A stretch of 64,000 nucleotides of DNA from Candidatus Omnitrophota bacterium (GCA_030650425.1 JAUSED010000003.1:199903-263902), one strand, 5' to 3'. Numbered from the stretch's first letter, positions 11,144 to 24,363 are shown. Translations and numbers: made by a program. The notes: a model not told the origin generated them from the sequence alone.

Positions 11144-11884
11144 ATGGATGTAATCGGAGTCATACCAGCGCGGTATTCTTCCACCAGATTTGAAGGAAAG
11201 GTTTTGGCTAAGATACTTGGTAAGCCGATGATCCAGCACGTCTGGGAAAGGGCGAAACTTGCCCGGATGCTCGACGATGTGATTATTGCCTGTGACCATG
11301 AATTAGTGGCTTCTACTGCCCGCGAGTTTGGAGCTAAGGTAGTCTTTACCGCTAAGGCGCATGCCTGCGGTACAGACAGGATCAGCGAGGTAGTCAATCC
11401 GCTAGAGGTAAAAATAGTTATAAATATTCAGGGAGATGAGCCATTAATCCATCCCAGTACGATCGATAGCGTAGCGAGCGCGCTTTTAGATAATAAAGAT
11501 ATCAATATGGCTACGTTGATGAAAAGAATAGAAGACCCCGCTTTAATCAATGATCCGAATGTGGTCAAGGTAGTGGTGGATAGGAATAATTTCGCGCTCT
11601 ATTTTTCGCGCGCGGCCATCCCGCATTTAGCGTTGGGCGCTGAAATTGCCAAACCGGTGTATTTTAAGCATATTGGGCTTTATGGATATACCAAAGACTT
11701 CCTTTTTACTTATAAAAACCTGCCGGTCTCTAATTTAGAAAAAACCGAGCGGCTGGAACAATTACGGGTGCTTGAAGGAGGATTCCGGATTAAGGTTATT
11801 GAAACTAAATTCGATACCGTGGGAGTAGATACGCCGGAGGATTTGGAGAAAGTTAAAGTTTATTTAGAGAAGGATAAAATATAA
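11144..11884 (+). CDS. kdsB: 3-deoxy-manno-octulosonate cytidylyltransferase
   Basis: GVIPARYSSTRFEGKVLAKILGKPMIQHVWERA compares with E. coli KdsB IIPARYASTRLPGKPL...GKPMIVHV. Confidence 0.85.
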   Translation: MDVIGVIPARYSSTRFEGKVLAKILGKPMIQHVWERAKLARMLDDVIIACDHELVASTAREFGAKVVFTAKAHACGTDRISEVVNPLEVKIVINIQGDEPLIHPSTIDSVASALLDNKDINMATLMKRIEDPALINDPNVVKVVVDRNNFALYFSRAAIPHLALGAEIAKPVYFKHIGLYGYTKDFLFTYKNLPVSNLEKTERLEQLRVLEGGFRIKVIETKFDTVGVDTPEDLEKVKVYLEKDKI

Positions 11885-12696
11885 TGCATGAAATCATGGT
11901 GAGAAATATCCGCATTGGTAACCATAACCCTTTAGTGTTGATTGCCGGGCCGTGCGTGATTGAATCACAGACACTCGTTTTGGATACCGCTAAAAGAATA
12001 AAAGATATTACGACTAAACTCGGAATTCCCTATATCTTTAAATCCAGCTTTGATAAAGCCAACCGCATGTCCGGGGATTCTTTTCGCGGCCCGGGGATCA
12101 AAAAAGGCTTGGAAGTCTTAAATAAAATTAAGCAACTAGTGAAGGTTCCTATATTAAGCGATGTGCATTGCGTAAAAGATATGGCCGAAGCGGCTAAGGT
12201 CTTGGATATTATTCAAATCCCGGCGTTTTTATGCCGTCAGACAGATATTATGCTGGCGGCAGCCCGTACCGGAAAGGTCGTGAATATCAAAAAAGGGCAG
12301 TTCTTGGCGCCTTGGGATATTCTGCCGATTATCAAGAAGGTGGAGTCTACCGGAAATAAAAAAATTCTTATTACCGAGCGGGGGGTAAGTTTTGGTTATA
12401 ATAATCTGGTTTCGGATTTCCGGGCCTTACAGATTATGCGTGGTTTCGGCTACCCGGTGATTTATGATGCTACCCATAGCATTCAGGTCCCCGGAGGAAA
12501 AGGAACTTCATCCGGCGGAGAGCGCGAATTCGTCGAGGGTTTATCCCGGGGGGCAGTTGCCTTTGGCTGCGACGGTTTATTTTTAGAGGTGCATCCGGAT
12601 CCGGATAAAGCTCCTTGCGACGGCCCAAATATGATTAATTTAAAAGACTTAGAGAAACTATTAAAACAGGTTAAGAAGATTGAGGCAGCCTTATGA
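11884..12696 (+). CDS. kdsA: 2-dehydro-3-deoxyphosphooctonate aldolase (KDO-8-P synthase)
   Basis: LVLIAGPCVIES N-terminus, ~270 aa, located in the kds operon. Confidence 0.85.
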   Translation: MHEIMVRNIRIGNHNPLVLIAGPCVIESQTLVLDTAKRIKDITTKLGIPYIFKSSFDKANRMSGDSFRGPGIKKGLEVLNKIKQLVKVPILSDVHCVKDMAEAAKVLDIIQIPAFLCRQTDIMLAAARTGKVVNIKKGQFLAPWDILPIIKKVESTGNKKILITERGVSFGYNNLVSDFRALQIMRGFGYPVIYDATHSIQVPGGKGTSSGGEREFVEGLSRGAVAFGCDGLFLEVHPDPDKAPCDGPNMINLKDLEKLLKQVKKIEAAL

Positions 12697-13661
12697 AAAT
12701 AAACATCGTCAAAAGGGCCAAGGAAGTTTTGGATATCGAGGCGGCTGCGATCAAGAACTTAAAAGCGCGCATCGATCATGATTTTAGGGATGCCGTTAAT
12801 TTAATCCATAGAACCAAAGGCAGGGCGATCGTCAGCGGGATGGGCAAAACCGGAATCATCGCCCAGAAGCTTTCCGCTACCTTGGCTTCCACCGGGACCC
12901 CGAGTTTATTTTTACATACCGCTGAAGCAATTCACGGAGATTTAGGAAAAGTCACTTCCGATGATGTGGTAATTATCCTTTCGAATAGCGGCTCAACCGA
13001 AGAGATGAAGCAGCTCCTCCCTTTATTAAAAAAGATAGGTTGTAAAGTGATTGCCCTTACCGGTAACATTAAATCTATTCTGGCAAAATATAGCGATGTG
13101 GTTTTGGATGTTTCGGTAAAAAAAGAGGCTTGCCCTTTAGGCCTGGCTCCGACAGCTTCCACCACCGCGGCTCTGGCTATGTCAGATGCTTTGGCTGTTT
13201 GCTTGTTAGAGCTTAAAGGTTTTAAAGAAAAAGATTTTGCCTTTTTTCATCCCGGAGGGGCATTGGGGAAGCGCTTACTTTTGAAGGTGGAGGATATTAT
13301 GCGCCGTGGAGAGGCTAATCCGATTGTCAAAGAAGAAGAAAAGGTTTCTAAGGTACTGATTAAAATTACTCAGGCGCGCGCGGGTTCAGCCACGGTGGTG
13401 GACGCGAGAGGTAAGTTAAAAGGGATATTTACCGACGGCGACCTTAGGCGGCATCTTGAGACAGATAAAAATTTACCGACGCGTAAAATAAAAGAAGTAA
13501 TGACTAAAAATCCAACCGTTATTCATCAGGAAATGCTCGCGGCCGAAGCCATTCGTATATTGCGGGAAAAAAGGGTCGATGAACTTCCGGTGGTGGATAG
13601 AGATAAGCGTCCGGTGGGTTTATTGGATGTGCAGGATCTTTTGAAAGCAGGATTATTATAG
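12693..13661 (+). CDS. kdsD: arabinose-5-phosphate isomerase (SIS + tandem CBS)
   Basis: SIS domain GRAIVSGMGKTGIIAQKLSATLASTGTPSLFLHTAEAIHGDLG with a C-terminal CBS pair. Confidence 0.85.
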   Translation: MKINIVKRAKEVLDIEAAAIKNLKARIDHDFRDAVNLIHRTKGRAIVSGMGKTGIIAQKLSATLASTGTPSLFLHTAEAIHGDLGKVTSDDVVIILSNSGSTEEMKQLLPLLKKIGCKVIALTGNIKSILAKYSDVVLDVSVKKEACPLGLAPTASTTAALAMSDALAVCLLELKGFKEKDFAFFHPGGALGKRLLLKVEDIMRRGEANPIVKEEEKVSKVLIKITQARAGSATVVDARGKLKGIFTDGDLRRHLETDKNLPTRKIKEVMTKNPTVIHQEMLAAEAIRILREKRVDELPVVDRDKRPVGLLDVQDLLKAGLL

Positions 13662-13664
13662 AAA

Positions 13665-14207
13665 ATGCCCGCAGATACGTTTAAACAGGAATTGGATGAA
13701 CGCGCCAGAAAAATAAAGATTTTATTGCTGGATGTGGACGGCGTGCTCACTGACGGCAGGATTATTTATGACTCTAAGGGGAGGGATTCAAAATTTTTTG
13801 ACGTGCATGACGGGTTGGGGGTTTATATTCTCAATAAAGCCGGGATTAAAACCATTATTGTTACCGCTAAAAGCTCTAAGGCAATTAAGCCGCGGGCGCG
13901 CGATATGCGGGTCACCGAGGTATTCGCGGATGTTTCTCCTAAAAGCGGGGTATTGGATAAAATCTTGAAGAAATATCAGGTGACTAGAGAAGAGGTTTGT
14001 TTTGTGGGGGATGATCTGGTGGATTTAGGCTTGATGAAAATAGTAGGTTTTCCCGTCGCTGTATTTAACGCCTGCCCGGAAATCAAGCAGGCCGCCAGTT
14101 ACATCACTATTAGATATGGCGGCAGGGGCGCGGTGCGCGAGATCGCCGAGTTAATCCTTAAAGCGCAGGGTAAGTGGGGAGAGATGATCAGATTTTATGA
14201 GGCCTAA
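13665..14207 (+). CDS. kdsC: KDO-8-phosphate phosphatase (HAD)
   Basis: IKILLLDVDGVLTDGRIIYDSKG; VGDDLVDL. Confidence 0.8.
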   Translation: MPADTFKQELDERARKIKILLLDVDGVLTDGRIIYDSKGRDSKFFDVHDGLGVYILNKAGIKTIIVTAKSSKAIKPRARDMRVTEVFADVSPKSGVLDKILKKYQVTREEVCFVGDDLVDLGLMKIVGFPVAVFNACPEIKQAASYITIRYGGRGAVREIAELILKAQGKWGEMIRFYEA

Positions 14208-15105
14208 AGAAGGTTTTTTAGTTTTTATATTGATTTCTTTATTTTTTATTCCCGCTTTTGGCGAAACCACTACCCCTGATCAACCCTCTGACCAGCAGAT
14301 CGGCGATTTTTCTTTGTCGGGTTACGGGGATAAAGGGAAGAAGAGTTGGAATATTGCCGGTAAAACCGCGGATATATTCACGGATGAGGTTAAATTAAAG
14401 GACGTGGACGGTAATCTCTACGGAAAAGATGAAGATGTGAATCTTACCGCCAAGACCGGAAATTTCAATAAAAAAGACGGGAAGGTTCATTTAGAAAAAG
14501 ATGTGGTGATTACCACCTCTAAGGGCGCGAAACTTACTACCGACTCCATGGATTGGGATAGGAATAAGCAATTAGTTACTACCGAAGATAAAGTAAACAT
14601 CGCCAAAGACAATATGAATATTACCGGTACGGGGGCCCACGGAGAACCAAACCTTAAAAAACTGGCGTTAAATAAAGACGTTACGGTCGACATCAACCCG
14701 ACGCAGAGTTCCGCGGCCAAATCCGATGAATTGGCAGTAAAAGATAAGGTTACGATTACCTGTGATAGTTCACTCGAAATTGATTACGAGAAAAATATCG
14801 CTACCTTTAATAAGAATGTTTTAGTGGATAGGGGTGATTCCCAGATCTATAGCGATATAATGCATCTTTATTTTAGCGCGGGCAAGGATACCAAGCAGGC
14901 GGATAAAACTCCCGGGCTGATGGGTAATAATAAAATCGATAAGATTGTAGCGCAGGGTAATGTCAAGATTGTCCGCGGTGAAAATACTTCATATAGCGAA
15001 GAAGCGGTTTATACCGCTAGCGACAAGAAAATAGTCTTAAGCGGAAGGCCAAAATTAGTTTTTTATTCTACCGAGGACCTGAAGAATGCATCTTTTGGAA
15101 ATTAA
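14197..15105 (+). CDS. LPS transport periplasmic protein, LptC/LptA (OstA-like) family
   Basis: N-terminal signal/anchor followed by repeated OstA-like beta-jellyroll segments (NVKIVRGENTSYSEEAVYTASDKKIVLSGRPKL). Occupies the lptC-lptA position between kdsC and lptB. Confidence 0.55.
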   Translation: MRPKEGFLVFILISLFFIPAFGETTTPDQPSDQQIGDFSLSGYGDKGKKSWNIAGKTADIFTDEVKLKDVDGNLYGKDEDVNLTAKTGNFNKKDGKVHLEKDVVITTSKGAKLTTDSMDWDRNKQLVTTEDKVNIAKDNMNITGTGAHGEPNLKKLALNKDVTVDINPTQSSAAKSDELAVKDKVTITCDSSLEIDYEKNIATFNKNVLVDRGDSQIYSDIMHLYFSAGKDTKQADKTPGLMGNNKIDKIVAQGNVKIVRGENTSYSEEAVYTASDKKIVLSGRPKLVFYSTEDLKNASFGN

Positions 15106-15808
15106 AGGTTTAAGCAAGACTTACGGCGGGAGAGAAGTAGTTAAGGGTGTTGACCTCACGGTGAAACGCTCAGAGATCGTCGGTTTACTTGGGCCTAATG
15201 GCGCGGGAAAAACCACCACTTTCTATATGGTGGTCGGGATTGTCCCGCCTAACCGCGGAAAAATCGTCTTTGATAATTATGATATAACTAATTTATCGAT
15301 TCACGAGCGGGCGCATTTTGGCATCGGGTATTTATCTCAGGAGGCTTCTATATTTCGTAAGCTTACGGTTGAAGAAAATATCATGGCAATTTTGGAAACT
15401 CTTTCCATAGGTAAGGCCGAAAGAAGGCGTCGGCTGGAGAGCCTGCTTAATGAATTAAATATAGCGCATTTAGCTAAATCCAAGGCTTTTACTTTATCCG
15501 GCGGAGAGCGCAGGCGCTTGGAGATTACCCGGGCCCTGGTTACTAATCCTTCTTTTATACTTTTGGATGAGCCGTTTTCCGGGATTGACCCGATTGTGGT
15601 TAACGAGGCGCAGGAGATTATCAAAGAATTAAGGGATAAGGGCTTAGGGATTTTACTTACCGACCACAACGTAAGAGAGACGCTTTCCATAACCGATCGA
15701 GCTTATTTAATTGCCGACGGCAAGATTCTTATTTCAGGAACAGCTGATGAACTTATTAATAACGCGCAGGCCCGTTCGATTTATCTGGGCGAAAAATTCA
15801 GGATGTGA
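15086..15808 (+). CDS. lptB: LPS export ABC transporter ATP-binding protein
   Basis: LEIKGLSKTYGGREVVKGVDLTVKRSEIVGLLGPNGAGKTTTFYMVVG; LSGGERRRLEI; ILLDEPFSGIDP. Confidence 0.85.
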   Translation: MHLLEIKGLSKTYGGREVVKGVDLTVKRSEIVGLLGPNGAGKTTTFYMVVGIVPPNRGKIVFDNYDITNLSIHERAHFGIGYLSQEASIFRKLTVEENIMAILETLSIGKAERRRRLESLLNELNIAHLAKSKAFTLSGGERRRLEITRALVTNPSFILLDEPFSGIDPIVVNEAQEIIKELRDKGLGILLTDHNVRETLSITDRAYLIADGKILISGTADELINNAQARSIYLGEKFRM

Positions 15809-16701
15809 GAAAGGGAGAAATGAAAACAGAAGTAAAGAAACTCGATAGTAATATAAAGGAACTTAATGTTGAAGTAACCGGAGATGTGGTAAAAAATAAA
15901 TTCGAAGATGTCTTTAAACGTATAGGAATGGAAGCTAAGGTTCCGGGTTTTCGGCCGGGGCATGCCCCGCGGGATATCCTGGAGAAAAATTATTCTGCTA
16001 ACGCGCATGAACAGGTATTAAAGGAATTGGTCCCGGATATTTACAATGAGGCAATCAATAAAGAAGGGCTGGATGTGATTGAATTGCCCGAGATATCCGA
16101 GGTAAAGCTGGATCGGGAGTCCCTTTCTTTTAAGGCTAAGGTGGAAGTCAGCCCGGAGATTGACGTTGGGGATTATAAGGGGATTAAAATTGATTACAAG
16201 GGCATAAACGTTGTTCCGGATGAGGTCAAGCGGGCTATCGATTCCCTGAAAGAATCGCGCAAGATCGATAATCTCGACGATAACCTCGCCAAGTCTTTAG
16301 GCTACCCGAATTTGAATGAGCTGGAGAAGGTTTTAGATAAACAAATCTTTATCCAGAAAGAAAATGCCGAGCGCCAGAAGGTAGAAGGCGAAATTGTCGA
16401 GCATCTGCTTAAAAGCGTGGATTTTAAATCGCCGCAGGGTTTGGTTAAGCGGCAATTGGAAGATATGCTGCGACAGGCTAAGGTGGATTTAGCTTTGAAG
16501 GGAATAGCGCGCGATAAAATCGAAGAGCAGGATAAAAAAATGCGCGAGGAGCTGGAGCCGGAAGCGGCTAAGCAGGTAAAGATTTATCTGATTTTAGCGG
16601 CGATAGCCAAAAAAGAAAATATAGCGCAAGACGATCACTTGCCGCGCAGGGTGATGGAGTTTTTGTTGAGAGAGGCTGATTGGAAGGTTGAAACAACATA
16701 A
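15805..16701 (+). CDS. tig: trigger factor (N-terminal ribosome-binding + C-terminal domains; PPIase domain absent)
   Basis: PGFRPGHAP signature loop in the N-domain and C-domain homology. Only 298 aa. Immediately upstream of clpP as in tig-clpP. Confidence 0.7.
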   Translation: MRKGEMKTEVKKLDSNIKELNVEVTGDVVKNKFEDVFKRIGMEAKVPGFRPGHAPRDILEKNYSANAHEQVLKELVPDIYNEAINKEGLDVIELPEISEVKLDRESLSFKAKVEVSPEIDVGDYKGIKIDYKGINVVPDEVKRAIDSLKESRKIDNLDDNLAKSLGYPNLNELEKVLDKQIFIQKENAERQKVEGEIVEHLLKSVDFKSPQGLVKRQLEDMLRQAKVDLALKGIARDKIEEQDKKMREELEPEAAKQVKIYLILAAIAKKENIAQDDHLPRRVMEFLLREADWKVETT

Positions 16702-16715
16702 TCAAGGAGGTTAGA

Positions 16716-17327
16716 ATGGAAATTAAGAATCAGACTTTGGTTCCTATGGTCATCGAGCAGACCTCAAGAGGTTATGAGCGGGCCTATGATATTTATTCAC
16801 GCCTGCTTAAGGACCGCATAGTTTTTATCGGCACTCCCATAGACGATTATATCGCTAATCTGATTATCGCTCAGATATTATTTCTGCAGATGGAAGACGT
16901 CGGTAAAGACATTAACGTTTATATTAATTCTCCGGGAGGTTCGGTTACCGCGGGACTGGCGATTTACGACACGATGCAGTTTGTAAAGTGCGATATTTCT
17001 ACTTATTGCGTGGGACAGGCCTCCAGTATGGGCGCCCTGCTTTTATGCGCGGGGACAAAAGGAAAACGCCACTCGCTTCCGAACTCAAGGATTATGATCC
17101 ATCAGCCTTGGGGCGGAGTGCAGGGGCCGGCGGAGGATATCTCCCGCCACGCGCAGGAAATTTTAAAAATGCGCGACAGGCTCAATGAAATAATCGCGCA
17201 GCATACGGGCCAATCGCTGGAAAAAGTAAAAAAAGATACGGACAGGGATTATTTTATGTCAAGCGAAGAAGCTAAAGTTTATGGATTAGTTGATGAAGTA
17301 ATTATGCCGCAGGCAAAAAAGAAATAG
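16716..17327 (+). CDS. clpP: ATP-dependent Clp protease proteolytic subunit
   Basis: [31 protein letters not shown]; ...[11 protein letters not shown] (catalytic Ser); MIHQP. Confidence 0.9.
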   Translation: MEIKNQTLVPMVIEQTSRGYERAYDIYSRLLKDRIVFIGTPIDDYIANLIIAQILFLQMEDVGKDINVYINSPGGSVTAGLAIYDTMQFVKCDISTYCVGQASSMGALLLCAGTKGKRHSLPNSRIMIHQPWGGVQGPAEDISRHAQEILKMRDRLNEIIAQHTGQSLEKVKKDTDRDYFMSSEEAKVYGLVDEVIMPQAKKK

Positions 17328-17339
17328 GAGGTTGTATCT

Positions 17340-18476
17340 ATGAGAAAAAATTATCTTTTGACTCCCGGGCCGACACCTTTACCGCCGCAGGTAATGGAGG
17401 CGATGAGCCGGCCGATTATCCATCATCGTACACCGCAATTTCAGGCGATCTTAAAAGAAGCGACTGAAGGGTTAAAATATGCGTTTCAGACTAAGAATGA
17501 CGTCTTTATTTTAAGTTCTTCAGGGACAGGAGCAATGGAAGCGGCGGTAATCAATTTATTATCCTGCCAAGATACAGCCTTGGTTATCCAAGGCGGTAAA
17601 TTCGGGGAGAGATGGACAGAACTATGTAAGGCTTATGGAGTAAATGTTGAAGTGATTGATGTGGAATGGGGTAAGGCGGTTAATCCCGTTGATATAGAGA
17701 AAAAATTAAAAGCCAATCCTAAGATAAAAGCGGTATTTACCACGCATTGCGAAACTTCTACCGGCGTAGTCAATGATATCGCCGCTATTGGAGCGGTGAT
17801 TAAGAATAGCGATGCCCTGTTGGCGGTAGACGCGATCAGCAGCTTGGGCGCGATTGATTTAAAGACCGACGAGTGGGCTTGTGACGTTGTGGTCAGCGGG
17901 TCGCAAAAAGGCCTGATGCTCCCTCCGGGCTTGGGATTTATTTCCGTTAGCCCCAAGGCAGTTAAATTGATCGAAAACTCCAAGAGCCCGCGCTACTATT
18001 TTGATTTAAGGAAAGCCAAAAAAGCGCTGGATAAGATGGATACCCCATTTACTTCCTCGATCACCTTAATTACCGCGCTTAGGGAGGCCTTAAAGATGAT
18101 GCGCGAGGATGGTCTGGAGAATATTTTTATCCGGCATAAGAAAATGGCGGATGCCACTAGGGCCGCAATAAAGGCATTGGGTTTGGAGTTGTTTGCTCCA
18201 ACTGCTTCTTCTGATGTGGTTACAGCAGCAAAGATCCCCGCGGGCGTTGACGGCGAAAAATTAGTTAAAACTATGCGTGATACCTACGACGTTACCATTG
18301 CCGGCGGACAGGAAGAATTAAAAGGTAAAATATTTCGCATCGCGCATATGGGTTTTATCGAAGAGTTTGATATTATCACCGGTATTTCCTGTTTGGAAAA
18401 AGTCTTGACGCAGATGGGTTATAAATTCCCGTTGGGCGCCGGCGTAAAAGCGGCGGAAGAGATATTTTTGAAATAA
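17340..18476 (+). CDS. class V aminotransferase (phosphoserine/serine-pyruvate aminotransferase type)
   Basis: LLTPGPTPLPPQVMEAM; SGSQKGLMLPPG (PLP-Lys region). Adjacent to serA. Confidence 0.7.
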   Translation: MRKNYLLTPGPTPLPPQVMEAMSRPIIHHRTPQFQAILKEATEGLKYAFQTKNDVFILSSSGTGAMEAAVINLLSCQDTALVIQGGKFGERWTELCKAYGVNVEVIDVEWGKAVNPVDIEKKLKANPKIKAVFTTHCETSTGVVNDIAAIGAVIKNSDALLAVDAISSLGAIDLKTDEWACDVVVSGSQKGLMLPPGLGFISVSPKAVKLIENSKSPRYYFDLRKAKKALDKMDTPFTSSITLITALREALKMMREDGLENIFIRHKKMADATRAAIKALGLELFAPTASSDVVTAAKIPAGVDGEKLVKTMRDTYDVTIAGGQEELKGKIFRIAHMGFIEEFDIITGISCLEKVLTQMGYKFPLGAGVKAAEEIFLK

Positions 18477-18490
18477 AATAGGAGTTAAAG

Positions 18491-20077
18491 ATGATTAAAA
18501 TCTTAGTAAGCGATCCTTTATCCGAAGAGGGATTAAAAATCCTTAAAAACGTAAAAGAATTTCAGGTGGATGTAAAAACAGAATTAAAACCCGATGAGCT
18601 AAAAAAGATTATCCGGGACTATGACGCTCTTTTGGTAAGAAGCGCTACCAAGGTTACCAAGGATATTATTGGTGCCGCCGATAAACTTAAAGTGATCGGC
18701 CGCGCGGGAGTAGGTCTCGATAATGTGGATCTTGACGCTGCCACGCAAAAAGGCGTTATTGTAATGAATACGCCGGCAGGCAATACTATCTCTACAGCTG
18801 AACACGCGATGAGCATGATCCTTTCACTCTCTAGGAATATACCGCAGGCCAGCGCTTCGACTAAGAAAGGCGAATGGAAACGTTCAAAGTTTATGGGCGT
18901 TGAGCTTTATGGCAAGGTCTTAGGGATAGTCGGTTTTGGGAGGATTGGTAAAGAAGTAGCCAAACGGGCTTTATCTTTTGGAATGCAGGTCTTAGCCTAT
19001 GATCCGTTTTTATCGCGCGAGATCGCCGAAGCTTTAGGTATCAAGGTAGTTGAGCTCAATGAGTTATTTCAGCACTCTGATTATATCACGGTGCACACCC
19101 CCTTAACCGATGAGACAAAACATATGATTTCAACCGCGCAGTTTAGCGTGATGAAGAAAGGGGTGCGTGTTATTAATTGCGCAAGAGGCGGGATTATCGA
19201 TGAAGAGGCCCTTGCCGTAGCGATCAAGGAAGGCAAGGTTGCCGGCGCCGCTCTCGATGTCTTTGAAAAAGAACCTGTTCTTCCTGAAAGCGAACTTCTA
19301 AAATTGGATAATGTGATTGTTACTCCGCATTTAGGCGCTTCCACAGAAGAGGCGCAGGTGAATGTGGCAATCGAAGTGGCGGAGATTGTGCGGGACGCGC
19401 TTTTGGGGAAAGGAATACGTAATGCCGCTAATTATCCGTGTTTAGAAGCGGAAGTTTGCAAAATGCTTAATCCTTATATAACTTTGGCCGAGAAATTAGG
19501 CGCTTTTTCCTCTCAGCTTATCGAAGGAAGGTTTCAGGAGTTAGATATAAGCTATAGCGGAGAGATTGCCACTTATGATTTAAGCCCGCTGACCATGGCG
19601 CTTTGTAAAGGGTTGCTTTCTCCTATATTAAAGGAGACGGTGAATTTTGTTAATGCTGTTTCGCTCGCTAAAGAAAGAGGAATAAAAATTAAGGAGGCAA
19701 AGTCTCCCAAGGAAGAAGAGTTTGTCAATCTGATCAAGCTGTCGCTAAAAACTGATAAAGAAACAAGGGTAATTTGGGGGACACTTTCCGGGAATAAACA
19801 GGCAAGGATCGTTAAGATAGATGAATATTATGTGGAATTGTATCCTATCGGAGAAATGATTTATATTGAAAACTGGGATAGGCCCGGCTTAATCGGAAGT
19901 TTAGGCACGGTTTTAGGTAAACACAGTATAAATATCGCGGCGATGACTTTTGGCCGGGATAAGCCCGGCGGAAAGGCAATCAGTGTTTTAAGCGTAGACA
20001 GCCCTGTTTCGGCGGAATTGGCAGCTAAGATCAAACAATTGGAGAATATATTGACCATAAAGGGCATTAGAATATGA
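18491..20077 (+). CDS. serA: D-3-phosphoglycerate dehydrogenase with C-terminal ACT domain
   Basis: GIVGFGRIGKEVAKRA NAD fold; 528 aa with ASB/ACT tail. Confidence 0.85.
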   Translation: MIKILVSDPLSEEGLKILKNVKEFQVDVKTELKPDELKKIIRDYDALLVRSATKVTKDIIGAADKLKVIGRAGVGLDNVDLDAATQKGVIVMNTPAGNTISTAEHAMSMILSLSRNIPQASASTKKGEWKRSKFMGVELYGKVLGIVGFGRIGKEVAKRALSFGMQVLAYDPFLSREIAEALGIKVVELNELFQHSDYITVHTPLTDETKHMISTAQFSVMKKGVRVINCARGGIIDEEALAVAIKEGKVAGAALDVFEKEPVLPESELLKLDNVIVTPHLGASTEEAQVNVAIEVAEIVRDALLGKGIRNAANYPCLEAEVCKMLNPYITLAEKLGAFSSQLIEGRFQELDISYSGEIATYDLSPLTMALCKGLLSPILKETVNFVNAVSLAKERGIKIKEAKSPKEEEFVNLIKLSLKTDKETRVIWGTLSGNKQARIVKIDEYYVELYPIGEMIYIENWDRPGLIGSLGTVLGKHSINIAAMTFGRDKPGGKAISVLSVDSPVSAELAAKIKQLENILTIKGIRI

Positions 20078-21825
20078 AAAAGCTATTTATATTGATTCTA
20101 TCGGCGATCGTTTATGGTTTATTTTCTATGGTTATAACTCAGGCTTATGCTAAAGATAAAGACTTGGTTTTGCTTTATACCGGAGAGACGCATTCTATGC
20201 TCTATCATTGCAATTGCCCTCTTGAGCCGGATGGCGGGGTGGCCCGCAGAGCGAGTCTCATCAAGCAATTGAAAAAGCAATACCCTGATTCTCTGGTTTT
20301 GGATTCCGGAAATTTCTTTAGCGGCGGGCTCTTGGATCAAAATACGCAAGATCCGCAATTGGATATGCAAAGGGCGGCCATAAATTTAGCCGCGCTTCAG
20401 CTGATGAAATATGACGCCTTATGCTTAAGTGATGATGAATTTAATTTCGGCACGGATTTTCTGAAAAAAAATATGGCTAAAGTAAAATTGGATTTTATTT
20501 CATCCAATTTAAGTTCGGATCTGGCCAAGCCGTATATCATTAAGAAAGTAGCGGGGATTAAAATAGGTATTATCGGGCTGACGAACTTAGCCGCCAAGCA
20601 GAAGGCGCAAGACTTAAAGTTTATCGAACCTAAACAGGCTGTAGAGAAATATGTTCAGGAATTAAAGAAGAAAGGTATAGGCCTGATTATTCTCTTAAGT
20701 AATCTAGGTGAAAGTGAGGACACAAAAATTATCAAGAGCGTAGCAGGAATATCCGTAGTTATCGACGGCCACGGCCGTGGTAATACTGTTAATGAATCAT
20801 CTGCTAAGGTAGGGAGCACAGTTGTTTTACGTCCGAACTGGCAGGGGCGCAGGCTCGGTAAAGCCGTACTTAGTATCAAGGGTGATAAAATAGAGAAAGT
20901 CAGTGTTGAAGAATTAAGGCTCTCTGATAAAATCAGCGACGATCCGGGTATTCTTTCTATATTGCCGCGTTGTTTTTCGGATAATGACTGTAAAAAAGAA
21001 GGGTTGGTAGGAAACTGTCGGAATGCCGGTAATATTAACGCCAGTTGTCTATTTAGCGAGGCAGCTAAGATTAATCTCACGGTAATCAGCTCTAAGGAAT
21101 GCTCGATTTGTAATCCGGAGCCGTTGGTTAATTCGCTTAAGAAACAGTTTCCCGGTTTGGTTGTTACCTACCTTGATTATTCCGATAAGCAGGCGGCTAA
21201 AGTAGTTCGCGACCTTAAACTATCAGGGTTACCGGCATATCTTTTTAGCAAGGAGTTGGCAAAAGATAAGAATTTTGATAACCTAAAGGCCGGTTTAGAA
21301 GAGAAAGATAATTTCTACATCCTAAAGCCCGAGGCCAGCGGTTTAAGTTATTTTCCCGGCCGCCAAAAGGCCAAGGGGAGAGTAGATTTATTTATCAGCC
21401 TTTTTGATCAAGAGAGCCTCGGCGTGCTAAATGTAATGAAAGAGTTTAATCCGATAGTCCACTTTCTGGCTGTGGTGCAGGACGATAAGATCGGCTCATC
21501 CGCAGGCGTTCGGGAGTCTGAAGAGGATCTGCGCGCCCTCTGCGTGCAAAAATATTATCCTCAAGCTTTCTGGAATTATATCACCTGCAGGGCAAAAAAC
21601 ATCAACAGTACTTGGTGGGATGATTGCGCGGCCAATATGGACGCAAATAAGATAAAAACCTGCAGCCGGGGGCCTGAAGGGAAATCGTTACTAAAAGAAA
21701 ATACGGGTTTAAACAGCGAACTCAAAATTATGTTTGGCCCGACGTATTTATTGGATAATAACCAGATTTTTTCTTCCAAAGGAGCGCCTTCTAAAGAGGA
21801 ATTGAAGAAGATAATTAAGAAATAA
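20074..21825 (+). CDS. secreted metallophosphoesterase/5'-nucleotidase-like protein with Cys-rich thioredoxin-like C-terminal region
   Basis: Signal peptide; LVLLYTGETHS...LVLDSGNFFSGG (calcineurin-like/5'-NT N-domain). The C-half has C-x2-C motifs (KECSICNPEP, ...GPTYLLDNNQIF) suggesting Trx/DsbA-like folds. Confidence 0.45.
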   Translation: MKKLFILILSAIVYGLFSMVITQAYAKDKDLVLLYTGETHSMLYHCNCPLEPDGGVARRASLIKQLKKQYPDSLVLDSGNFFSGGLLDQNTQDPQLDMQRAAINLAALQLMKYDALCLSDDEFNFGTDFLKKNMAKVKLDFISSNLSSDLAKPYIIKKVAGIKIGIIGLTNLAAKQKAQDLKFIEPKQAVEKYVQELKKKGIGLIILLSNLGESEDTKIIKSVAGISVVIDGHGRGNTVNESSAKVGSTVVLRPNWQGRRLGKAVLSIKGDKIEKVSVEELRLSDKISDDPGILSILPRCFSDNDCKKEGLVGNCRNAGNINASCLFSEAAKINLTVISSKECSICNPEPLVNSLKKQFPGLVVTYLDYSDKQAAKVVRDLKLSGLPAYLFSKELAKDKNFDNLKAGLEEKDNFYILKPEASGLSYFPGRQKAKGRVDLFISLFDQESLGVLNVMKEFNPIVHFLAVVQDDKIGSSAGVRESEEDLRALCVQKYYPQAFWNYITCRAKNINSTWWDDCAANMDANKIKTCSRGPEGKSLLKENTGLNSELKIMFGPTYLLDNNQIFSSKGAPSKEELKKIIKK

Positions 21826-21848
21826 AGCTAGTTTATCACAAGGAGTTA

Positions 21849-24363
<2,515 letters not shown>

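Noticed and set aside
13732-13968. Same-strand internal ORFs (also 16988-17188, 27546-27728, 35687-35890, 49570-49770, 55325-55543)
   Set aside because: These are alternative frames inside kdsC, clpP, the GH57 gene, nusA, tgt and cooS respectively. They have no support.
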